Shown here piece after piece: positions 12,216 to 22,087 of a stretch of DNA of 64,000 bases. Source of the stretch: Penicillus capitatus (taxonomy: Eukaryota > Plantae > Chlorophyta). A program made the translations under genes and the position numbers. Within the stretch, counting starts at the first letter, position 1. The number at the start of each line of letters is the position of its first letter. A model generated the notes under the pieces. The model searched no databases. It had not been told where the DNA came from and worked only from the letters and a program-made list of their open reading frames with translations. The DNA is taken from contig OZ287696.1 in the NCBI GenBank assembly GCA_965649825.1, forward strand, positions 62,001 through 126,000. The letters run 5' to 3'.

Positions 12216-14972
12216 TTCTTAGCAAGCAATTCCGAAACTCAGACTGACATGTGGAAGACGGTTAGAAGAATCACCAAAGCACAGAAGCGTCCAGCGCTAG
12301 ATTTCGTGCAGAACCAGAATGGAGACATCCTCCACGACCCAGCAGACATCGCGGCGGCTCTACAAGTAAAGTTCTTCCCGATATCGGAAGTCACACCTCA
12401 AGACAGCACACGCACAACAGAAACTTTGCTGCCTCGATTGCAAGCTGAAGACATACCTCCGGTCTCAGATTTGGAAGCACGGAAATCCTTCGGCAGCGGA
12501 CGCCCCCTAGCGGCCCCGGGGCCGGATGGCCTTCCCAATGCAATCTATCAGAGATGCATGAACAGCATCTGCCCACGGCTCAAGGAACTTGCCTCTGCCA
12601 GTCTCCAGCTCAGCATCTGCCCACAGCACTGGAAGCATTCCCAGGTTGTAGCCCTCCACAAGGGCAACAATCCGGGACACGAGGTCGGCAAACTACGGCC
12701 CATCAGTTTACTCAACACACTGGCAAAAGGCATGGAGACACTCGTGGCATCACGGCTGAAGTACTGGGCAGAGGCAAACATGGTACTGGACCCCTTTCAG
12801 TTTGGTTTTAGACCTACAAAGAGCACAACAGACGCACTGCTCATGGCAACTGATTGGATTGCAGAACGCACCCGAAGCGGTGGCATTGTCTACGGAGTTG
12901 CTCTCGATCTTGTTGCGGCCTTTGACTCCATCAGCCGGGCATACCTGGTGCAAACGCTCAGACAATTGGAAGCCCCTCCGTTTCTGACCCATTGGTGCAG
13001 ATCCTTTCTTCAGGACCGCACGGCTGAACTGCTGATCTCTGGCATCAACTTCACCACGACGACACTCGCCGGCGTCCCACAGGGATCTCCCTTGAGCCCG
13101 CTGCTGTTCATTTTAGGGGTCAATGCTGCCTTGCAGATCCCAAAGGGCACAGGGGTGCATCTACAGGCGTATTCAGACGATATCCTTCTCCTATGTAGTG
13201 CGCCATCAGACGAACTGGCCCGTCACAGGGCGCAGAAGACCTTGGATCAACTAGTGGAATAGAGCCGCGTAGCTGGAATGCAGTTCTCGGAGAAGAAGTG
13301 CCTGGCGATTAGATTTCAAGAGAAGGTCAGACGATCGGAGATGCTCCCGCTGTATCTAGGCACGGCCAAGCTCAGAGCAGTCAAGAGTTGTAGATACCTA
13401 GGAATGATTCTAGATGAAAGACTTACTTGGAAGCCACACCTGCAATTTGTTCAACAGCGCGCCCGGGAACGCCTGGCCGTCATAAGAAGGTTCTCAGCTA
13501 AGACTTGGGGTTTCTCACCGGAAGCTATGTGGCAACTTACGACCAAGGCACTGGAACCAGCACTGTACTACGGAGCAGAAGCTCTAAGCCGCATCCAAGA
13601 CTCCCCTCAACACCTGCTCATCCTCAACCGAGTCGTTCGCCAAGCTGGCCTCCTGATCTCGGGATGCCTGAGAACTACCTCCTACGAAGCAGTTTTCGCC
13701 CTGGCTGGCCTCCTCCCAGCGCAAATGGAAATCAAACGCAGAATTCTCTACTGGCATTTACAGAAGGACAAAGGAAGAATGCCTTCGACGGTCTCCGAAC
13801 TTCACTCAGACAACTGCAAAGATCCCGGCCTACTCCGTCGCAGACTGACTGCCAGACAATGGCACCGGAACCTCTCAATCAAACAGCAGTTTGAACTTCC
13901 ACCGAAGGAGCTGTGCAGCTTTCCCCCAGAACTGGTGGGTTTCCTGGAAGCAAACGTAGAGGAAGATCACCGTCCAGAATGGATACTCGCAGTGGCAGAA
14001 GCAGATCTAAACTCCACAAACGGAACAAGAACGGCCATTGTTTGGCAGCTCACAGGGAGGCAGAATATCGCCGGGAGAGGGGTTTTGGCTGCGCCGCACC
14101 AATCAATAAAAGCGGAGGTGCTGGCGAGCATCCGAGAAGGTTTATACTCCCTGAGTGATCTCCTTCATGAAGCAAACGGTCCACAGTCCCTCGGCATCAT
14201 CGCACGCAGAAGCATATATCAACAAGAGCTTACATCCTCGTTCAACGTATACAAGGACATGCACCTCATCCAACAGTGGTGGATCAAATGGACAATGGCC
14301 AGCAACCAAGTGAAATGGTTCACACAAAGCTGCCCCCCAGGTCGAAGCCCCTACCAAGCAGCCAAACTCTCAGCAGAACACGGTCTGGCGCAGTCACGAA
14401 GTCCACCCCAAGCAGCGAAGTACACCGCCCTCGGTTGGTGTAAAAGACACATCAGCTTCACACTAAACAGTTGGACACAAGAACAACTGGCCAACGGTGA
14501 CAAGGGAAGAGCAATTCTCGACCTAAACCCCCCGATGGGGAAAGGACATTTCCCCGCGAGGAAACTTCAACGCACCGAAGCCTCACGGGTCAATCAATTT
14601 CTAGCAAACCATTTCCCGTCCAAAGCATACCTCAGACGCTTTCACTGTTCAGAAGACGAGGAGACATGCGTATGTGGCCAAGATGTAGAAGACAGAGATC
14701 ACCTGCTCTACTCCTGCCCTCGCCTGCACCGACGAAGAATGATCTACAGACAAGAATCTCAAGCTGAAGCGGAACAGTCCCACCCCCTCTGAAATGCCCC
14801 TCACGCTCTGGCGGCTTTCCTGGAAGAACTCGCCCAAGAATGGCAGAATCAAGGAAGGTCCTGGCACTGATGCGGCCCCCGGCATGGTGCGACTGTACTC
14901 CTGAACACTAGATTTGGCCCTCTCCTCTGATGTTTAACTTGAAAAGGGGATGTAAGAATCGCCAATTTTATT
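12216..14972 (+). mobile_element. 5'-truncated non-LTR retrotransposon (RT, degenerate RNase H-like region, CCHC knuckle) with one in-frame nonsense codon
   Basis: PGPDG, RPISLL, QFGFRP..ST, LDLVAAFD, GVPQGSPLSPLLF, YSDD, YLGMILDERLTW. ORFs 12249-13262 and 13278-14792 are in frame across a TAG where Trp is expected. 14 bp TSD AAGCCGGCATATAA at 12202-12215 and 14973-14986. Confidence 0.95.
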
Positions 14973-14986
14973 AAGCCGGCATATAA

Positions 14987-16901
14987 AACGACGTATTTTG
15001 TATCAAACACAGCCTTTTTAACACGTTTACGATTTTTCCGCGCTCACACGAAAGACCAGCACATCAAGACGGTTTCGGAGCTACGACTCTCGAAGATGGA
15101 CCGTGAACAGTTCACGTCCCTTCTCGACTCGGCAGCTTTCGTGGAAGACAATTACCGCCCACGCCTGAAATACGTTGTCGAAAGGTTGGAACCTAGGTCC
15201 CCGGCATTCGACCTCGTACGTCAAGAGCTCGACCGAGTGGAACCGCACTTCGAGGGACTCGCGGCATTTAATGCAGCATTCGCCGGACCCGCGGCGACGG
15301 TGCGCGCCTTCTGGGGAGCCGCACTCCCTAACGTGAGAGCGGCGGACAGATGGCGCGTCTGAGGGAGCTCCTCATTGGGACATGTCCGTAAACGACGTTG
15401 TCAGCGGAAGAACGACTAGCGAAGATGACGAAGACAAAAGGGGAAACGTGCTGTTCTCCTATTTACCTGGAAACCTGAACCAGATAGCCGACCAGCTTTC
15501 CCGATTAGACTCGAGTGGAGTTACGCAACAGCCCTTAGACAAGGCGATCATGGCGATTGACCGCCCCTCGGAACAAGAGATCTAACGCAAGATACGTTCC
15601 GCCCACTTCGGACGCTGGGGATACATGACGACGCTCCAGAACCTGCTCCTCGAGTCGGAGAGGTGGCCAAACATGGAACGGGACGTGCGCAACTTCCCGT
15701 CGAGTTGTCCGAACTGCGCCTTCAACGGCGAAGAGCAGAGGAGGGATGTCCCGAGCACCGAAATATCTCGCAGAATCGGCGAGACAGTGTCCATGGATCA
15801 CTGTAGGTTATTTTTCGACGGATTGCATATCCTCGTAATTGTGGACGACGCGACAAAATGGGTAGAGGCTCTGAGAACCCCAGGAACTGGAGCCGTGCAC
15901 GCCATGAGAGCGTTGGATCAATGGCAAACAAAGCACGGAAGGATCGAGCTGCTTTGCACGGACAATGCAAGCGCTTGGAACTCAGACACCTTCCGACGAT
16001 GGGCAGCAGACCGACGCATCGACACGAGGAGAAGTCCGAGTTATCACCACCAGGCCAACGGATTGACAGAGCGCACCATCAAGACGGTGTGCAAGCGAAT
16101 CAGGCGCTTCCTAAATGGGTCGACGAGGGCGTGGCTCCAAGTGATACAAGGAGCCGTGGACGCCATCAACACATCGTGGAGCTCGGTGATTAAGACCACG
16201 CCGCAGTCTCTCATGCTAGGCCTCGATCGACACGGCGTCTTGCTGGACGAGAAAACAAGCCGAAAGGCTTGGGAAGATGCGTGGAGAAACGCTCAGATCG
16301 CCAAGACATACGAGCACGAGCGATTCAAGTGGAAACACCTGCGGTTGTCGAAGCCACTGCGTCCAGGCAATCGGGTGCCGATGAAGAATTACCACCGGTC
16401 GAATCACCCACTCGGAAAGCTGGGCCCGAAGTGGATCGGTCCCTTTATGATCGAAGAGCAGAGATCGGAATCGACCTGGATCGTGCGAGAGTGACGAGGC
16501 TCACCGCCTGTTCTGGTTCATTCCTCCCAAATAAAGCCCTATCTAACATAAAATCACCTAGCGGGAACGATTTTTATACTTTCCCTCAAGTCGTGCACGT
16601 CGTCTCCATGTGGCCTCTTTTTCCTTCGGGGTTTGCGCTCGGAAGGTGATGAGCCCATGTCAGACCAAATGAAACACAATGAAGGCATTCCCGACTGTAT
16701 AAGGGAAGTCACATGAGAACCTACTACATGTCACATCAGAACCTCTAACACTATAAAAGGGGGACAAAGCGTTGTTTACGTCATTCTGTTTAAAGTCTTC
16801 CTCTAATGCGTGTGTTTGTTCACCGACAACGCGACATGCTTCCATCCGTCGCTTCACATGTCTCACAGTGGCTGCGACGCTTGCCTGAAAAGGGTGAGAC
16901 A
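14987..16901 (+). mobile_element. Internally deleted Ty3/gypsy LTR-retrotransposon remnant: leader ORF, RNase H tail, integrase and putative 3' LTR (about 16658-16901)
   Basis: YLPGNLNQIADQLSR (RNase H C-terminus), WPNMERDVRNF..SCPNC (Zn-binding remnant), SMDH...IVDDATKWVEA, TDNAS, PSYHHQANGLTER (rve core), GKLGPKWIGPF (GPY/F motif). The LTR-like end runs TGTC...GACA and contains GTCACATCA followed by TATAAAAGGGGG. Confidence 0.85.
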
Positions 16902-17055
16902 GTTACATGTGTACGGATTTTCGATTTCGTACCACCGGATATCGACACGGTTGGCTACCGAGTGTTTCTCAGAACGGCAAGTACTTTGATTGCTCTGCGA
17001 TTTAGGCAACGGAAAGATGCATCGGTATGGGTTTCACAAGGAACTTGAAGGCACG
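16898..17055 (+). pseudogene. ZEP: Zeaxanthin epoxidase pseudogene, downstream fragment
   Basis: DFVPPDIDTVGYRVFL, then after frameshifts GKYF..SXDLGNGKMHRYGFHKELEG. This is the segment that follows YTCYTG in ZEP. Confidence 0.85.
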
Positions 17056-17263
17056 GCATTTTTCGTCCTAAAATTACACAAAAAAGAGAGAAAAACATGC
17101 CAAAGAGGCCGTCTACCTCCTTCTATTCATTAAACCAATCCTAACCAATTTGTAGAACAGTCAAATAGAGGTAAACACGCCTTCTTGAACAAATGGCCTT
17201 TGCTCCTAGTGCCGAGTGACCACAATCATATCCTTTGCCGCAAAGACTAAACGACATACAGCT

Positions 17264-17522
17264 TTTGCGACGTCAAACGTGGCCAAAAGCTCGACTCCGT
17301 AGAGAAGTAATTCTTCGTGCGCGTGCGCAATTCTTCATTTTTTTAAAAACACCGAGCGTTCTCAAATCGTTCGGATTTGTTCTTGCCAGCAGCGTCACTC
17401 TACATCCCTTCCTATCGCGTCACCATATGTGCTTTTCGTCAAGAAACTACGCGTGTCTGTGGACAGCGCTTGTATTGCTTAAGGTTTTTTGCGATCAAAT
17501 CACCGTTCAAGGGACGCACGAT
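17264..17522 (+). repeat. Dispersed repeat X, copy 2 (uninterrupted)
   Basis: Colinear match to 7275-7331 plus 8340-8512. Confidence 0.75.
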
Positions 17523-17606
17523 TCGACTTTGACATCTGTTACCCTCGCACATTCTCATCGTTAAATCTCACATGATGTTTGACATAAACACTTATTCTCT
17601 TCAGAG

Positions 17607-18842
17607 TCATGTAATCGGTTCGATGCAGTATTCGATACGGGCCGTCTTGCCCTCTGGCCATTTCCAGGACCACTTGTATCCGTCCACCTCGACAGAGTCT
17701 CCCTTCGCTTTTTCAATCGAGCCGGGAACAATGCCAACGTCTACGGCAGCATCGATCAGGAAAAACACCCGCTTGGCGCGTTTCTTCTCAAGCAGATCGT
17801 AGAATTTCTGCTTAAAGACCTCGATATGCTGCCCAACTTTTTGAGCTTCTTCGGTATTAGGTGCCTCGACACAGACATCCAGTGTCTCCAGCGATGCGTC
17901 TTCGTTCTCTGACAGACTGTCGAGGAGCTGCACGGACATCTTCAGCCAATCCCGAACATCTTCAAGGTACATCGTCAAAGCCTTCAGCGTTCTGTTGTGG
18001 CTCACAATACTCTTAAACGGCCCCCACAGCTCCAAGAGCATCGGATTGTCGAAAAACTGCACCAAAACAAACTCTGCAGTGTCTTTGTACAGATCGAAGA
18101 TCGGAAAGAAATCCAAAGCGCTGGAAGAGATGATGCGGAAAGTGTTAAACACCGTCATTTCAGCGACTTTCATGAAACCACGTAGGATCCAGCACTTGTG
18201 TGCAAAGTTCAGAAAGGAAACGACCATACTCGAGATAACAGGGAAGCTGCGAATGGAGTCGTTGGAGTCAACGAGTGCCCCAAAAGCGGCGAGTTGGACG
18301 ACCATTTGCGGAATGGTCTCGAACAAGAGCTCGATGACGACAGTCTTGGACCAGTTGTCGTCCTTGACATTCTCGGCTCTCAGTTCCCTCGGATGACGTT
18401 GCCCGACCGTATCAGAATGGATCTTTTCTGCATTGGAGCGCACTCTGAACACTGCTCGGACTGCATAGGCAAACATGTTGATGAAGAACAGGAAGAAATG
18501 AAAAACGGCAAAAAGTGGCAGGGTCAAGATTTTGAAAACTAGGTTCAGCAATGGAAAAGGCGTCGGGTTGGACTGATAGAAATCCACGATGAACTTGGGA
18601 TAGTCATCGAACGCACCAACGTTGGCAATAATTTCGAAAACCAGAAAGGTGCTTTGGATGAGATGTGGCAGAAGAACAAAAAAGACGATGAGAACAGAGA
18701 TGTAGTAAAGTTCTTCTTCTTTCTGATAGTGGTAGGCAACCACAAGATCCGAAATGACATCGTAAAGAGGAAGAAGAACATGCATCACCAGGACACGAAC
18801 AAAAGTAAGAAGTGTGAGAGCAAGGAACGGCACCATTGTCAT
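17607..18842 (-). CDS. XK-related membrane protein (scramblase-like family) with soluble C-terminal extension; intronless, 411 aa
   Basis: LYDVISDLVVAYHY and ELLFETIPQMVVQL resemble the D..SD..A..Y and E..E..PQ..Q motifs of XK-related proteins; several hydrophobic segments; uninterrupted ORF. Confidence 0.6.
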   Translation of the reverse strand: MTMVPFLALTLLTFVRVLVMHVLLPLYDVISDLVVAYHYQKEEELYYISVLIVFFVLLPHLIQSTFLVFEIIANVGAFDDYPKFIVDFYQSNPTPFPLLNLVFKILTLPLFAVFHFFLFFINMFAYAVRAVFRVRSNAEKIHSDTVGQRHPRELRAENVKDDNWSKTVVIELLFETIPQMVVQLAAFGALVDSNDSIRSFPVISSMVVSFLNFAHKCWILRGFMKVAEMTVFNTFRIISSSALDFFPIFDLYKDTAEFVLVQFFDNPMLLELWGPFKSIVSHNRTLKALTMYLEDVRDWLKMSVQLLDSLSENEDASLETLDVCVEAPNTEEAQKVGQHIEVFKQKFYDLLEKKRAKRVFFLIDAAVDVGIVPGSIEKAKGDSVEVDGYKWSWKWPEGKTARIEYCIEPIT

Positions 18843-18949
18843 AAGGCGCTTCCTGAAACGCCTCAGGATAAAGAGGAGGGTTCGAATGACGGCGGCGGTG
18901 ACTTTGAAAGGCGCCTTGAAAAATCCCTCTATACGAAGTTCTCACTCAA

Positions 18950-19783
18950 TTAAGCAGAAAAGAGTGAGAGATTACTTGAAATGTCGGAAATGAATGAACT
19001 GCGAGCCACTTCTTTGTCAAACAGAAAACCGACGCCAGTGATCGCACCTGGTGTAAATCTATTGTTGTGCTGTCTATAAATGGAAATGCTTACCCAAGGC
19101 GTTTTTCTCCTGTAGGACGCCATAGCACAACCCGGACCCCACGGTGACGTTATAGCGTGTCTTGAAGACGGACGGATCGGTTGCGATGACACTAAAATGA
19201 CGACCTTCGGTTGTTCGAAAATCAACACCACACAGCTGAGCCTTGTGCATGCCCCATTCGATCAATTCCCCTTCTTTGACGGCAGATCCCGCTAAGAGAT
19301 GATCACCATCCATGATCGGAAGCCGTTTGCAAATTGAATGCCGCTTTTCTCACTTGGCTTGTCAGACCCCGTGTGTAATGGTGTTTCAATATCTCTCGTT
19401 GTCAATCGTACGGCATTATCAACAGCTGCAAACAAAGGTGAGATCTGAGAGCGGTCTTGTCGACCGTCTGAGAAGCTAAAGAAGAGGCTGAGTTTCTCGA
19501 AACGCTCTCCTCTTCGGAAGACAAAATCCCTCTGTTTCACCCCTTGTGCTGTGGCATGGGAAAATTCCGACGAGGCGCCTTCTGTGTCGAAGAAGGGCTC
19601 GATAGAGAGAATCTTCTTTGTAGTGAACTCAAATCGCAAACGTCGAACGACAGAGTCTGCGTCTTCGAAGGCCAAACCACTGTAGCGGCTTGCGTTCTCG
19701 GCATCTAAGACGAGAGACGCACGGTCCTTAAACTCGTTTCCTAGCCAGCCGACGAGTTCGGCCAGAAACTCTTTGCCAGCCAT
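18950..19783 (-). CDS. Jacalin-related lectin-like protein resembling the lectin module of natterin-like/Aep1 (Dln1) proteins; probably 2 introns
   Basis: RDFVFRRGERFEKLSLF, QLCGVDFRTTEGRHF, KTRYNVTVGSGLCYG and GAITGVGFLF resemble EYVFTPGECFTSLSLW, RLGAIKFKTNKGGEFF, KTEYPMDVGSGYCLG and DIDCMGFMF recalled from zebrafish Dln1. Frame changes are bridgeable by GT-AG gaps of about 62 and 49 nt. Confidence 0.5.
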
Positions 19784-20095
19784 GGCGCTCCTAGAGAACA
19801 ATTATCGTTGCCAGCGAAATCCTTTGGCAAACGAATCAAATCCCAAGAAACAGCAGCAAAACGCCGCAGGTAACACACAGCTCGCCTAGGGATGTGACAG
19901 CAGGGTCATGAAAATGTCGAGCCAATTTCAAGCAGGAATCAATGAAGATGCATTCTCCTCTTTCTGTGCAACACTGCTAGAGGGTCATTCCGCTCCTGAT
20001 CGAAACGTCATATTTCCCTCGCCTCGCCGCGTTTGAATCTCAAAGGCCTAGGTAGTGTTGCAGAAGCCTAAGACGCATAGGAGCATAGGCGGTGC

Positions 20096-20101
20096 AAAAA
20101 A
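20096..20101 (-). terminator. Pol III oligo(T) terminator of tRNA-Val
   Basis: T6 on the minus strand about 11 nt after the tRNA 3' end. Confidence 0.8.
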
Positions 20102-20112
20102 TCTGCGGTGTT

Positions 20113-20185
20113 TGTTTCCGCCCGGCATCGATCCGGGGACCTTCAGTGTGTTAGACTGACGTGATAACCACTACACCACGGAAAC
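20113..20185 (-). tRNA. trnV-AAC: tRNA-Val (anticodon AAC), intronless, 73 nt
   Basis: GTTTCCG/CGGAAAC acceptor stem, TCAGT-CTAACAC-ACTGA anticodon arm, CCCGG-ATCGATG-CCGGG T arm. Confidence 0.95.
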
Positions 20186-20576
20186 AACGACTACCTGCCG
20201 CAAGATTCTTAATTCGTTCCGTCCATGGATCATGAATTGTCATAAAACGAGGATACATATCGACTCCTGCACAGCGCTTGACAGATAAACTTGGCGAGAG
20301 CCTGCGTTATAGCGTGGGCACGAGCGTTTCATGAAACGCGGCTCTGCGCGACATGAAGCTAACCGTCTCATGTCGCTGGATTAGACAGTTCATTTCACAG
20401 TCTACTTCACTACGCCGCTTGTGAATTAGAGCGAACGACCATCCGTATCTCAAGTTTCAGCGTCACAAGCCATTGTTGAGCAAATCCCTTTCGTTCTATA
20501 AGTCTCTGTCTTCTGTCGAAAACTGTTCTTGCACCGCTGCTGCCGTTGTTATATTTGATACACAGACCTGTTTCTT

Positions 20577-21169
20577 ATGTCGACTCTGGCTGTCCTAGTA
20601 ATCGTAGCCCTTTGTTCCGCCCCGGTGCTGCTGGCTCAAGAAGATATCACCGACATCTGTGATTACCCGTGCGTTCTCATCACGACTCGACGCCCCTCCA
20701 TCGGTTTGTTGTTTTCCAGGTGCACGCAAGAAATCTTCAATGAGCAATGCGGAGGGGCTGTGTGTCCTTTGCCTAAGTCGCCGAGTCAGGATGAGCTCGA
20801 TGCAATCTGCTCGCTGAATTGCCTATCTGCCCTTGAATTCGGAAACGTATCTGGTTGCATCGCAGATGTCGATGTCTGGCGTCCAGACATCGATGGAGAC
20901 GCCCGAGGGATGGCCGCAGACATCAGAAGTGCGGTGTATTCAACAGAACCCCTCGTTGAAGCTTGACATTCTATTGTGGTGTAGTCTTCTGTACGGAGAA
21001 TGGCATGGAAATCGAAGCACTTCCATCGTTGGGAGCACCTCCTCCATCGTTGGGAGCACCTCCTCCATCGATGGGAGCACCTCTTAACGAAGAAGAAGCG
21101 CATCCTTCGCAAGGTCTCGATGAGGATGATATCGACGATATCGTGGAGGCCGATCTCATTGATGGATAA
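20577..21169 (+). CDS. Secreted protein: signal peptide, 8-Cys domain, PSLGAPP repeats, acidic tail (paralogue 1)
   Basis: MSTLAVLVIVALCSAPVLLAQ signal; DICDYP|CTQEIFNEQCGGAVC...ICSLNCL...GCI...|IFC; 21 bp x3 repeat at about 21022-21083; two introns inferred. Confidence 0.7.
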
Positions 21170-22087
21170 CGGACCTCAATTCCAAGACATCTGCCTAAAG
21201 CATCATCCTGGCTTGCCTAATATCTCCACGTTCAGATACTGATAATGGAAGCAAAAGCTTAAACACATAATGACAGTTTCATTTGAAATGTATCTAGAGG
21301 TCATCGTTCGTTCCTCTCCCCTCTCGTGTCGCCGCCGTCAGCGCTCTCGATGTTATTCGAGGCCCTTCGTGATCCTGTCGAGAGCTGTCATCCCAGTCTC
21401 CCATTGCATCTGTATATCATGCGTGGAGTATCTGCTCTTCATGCTGAAAATCACAATTCGTGTCTCTTTCAGATAGATGGGTGTACGGCTGCCGTTAACT
21501 CTGCTAGGTTCTAATCGTCTCTGACGGTTTCCTGAAGAGACATTTATCGTCCACCGTGCTATTCAGCACCGTCTGTCTGTTCCAATTCTTCGCTTCTGTC
21601 TGTGAGTTAGTTGTCGGCTATATATCTACTCTATCTACGTGATTCCTCTTTCAACCGAAAACCGAAGTGAACTTGAAAAGTGAGTCTATGTCCCAACACT
21701 CATGCGTACATGTCAGCACCGTGTCAACATGTCGACCACCGGGCTACCTCTATGAGGCCCTCCGCTTTGCCTTATCTTAACGAGTCGCATCCTTTATCGC
21801 CGCCAGCGCTATACAGGCCGTGAATTGCATGTTCTTTCGTGACCTAACCGTCGTTCCTTTTTTCGAGTTCTTGCAGCTTGTCTGGCGTCTAGAACCTCTC
21901 AGAGGATTCTTACAATCAAGCAGCATTAGGTTCCATGGTCGTTTTTCCAAACGGAACGATCTTCGTGATATGACTCCTTCAATGTGTCCGTGAACTTCGC
22001 TAAGAACTCAGGCCATGGGACAGCTGCCAGCCCATAAAGCCGCAAGCGCTATTCCTGACTTCACTTTTGTGTTTTGTCCCAGAAAAA

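Noticed and set aside
13260-13262. In-frame TAG in the LINE ORF as evidence of TAR-to-Gln reassignment or programmed readthrough
   Set aside because: The position corresponds to a conserved Trp (TGG to TAG is one change), and host genes here end normally in TAA/TAG, so a simple nonsense mutation explains it.
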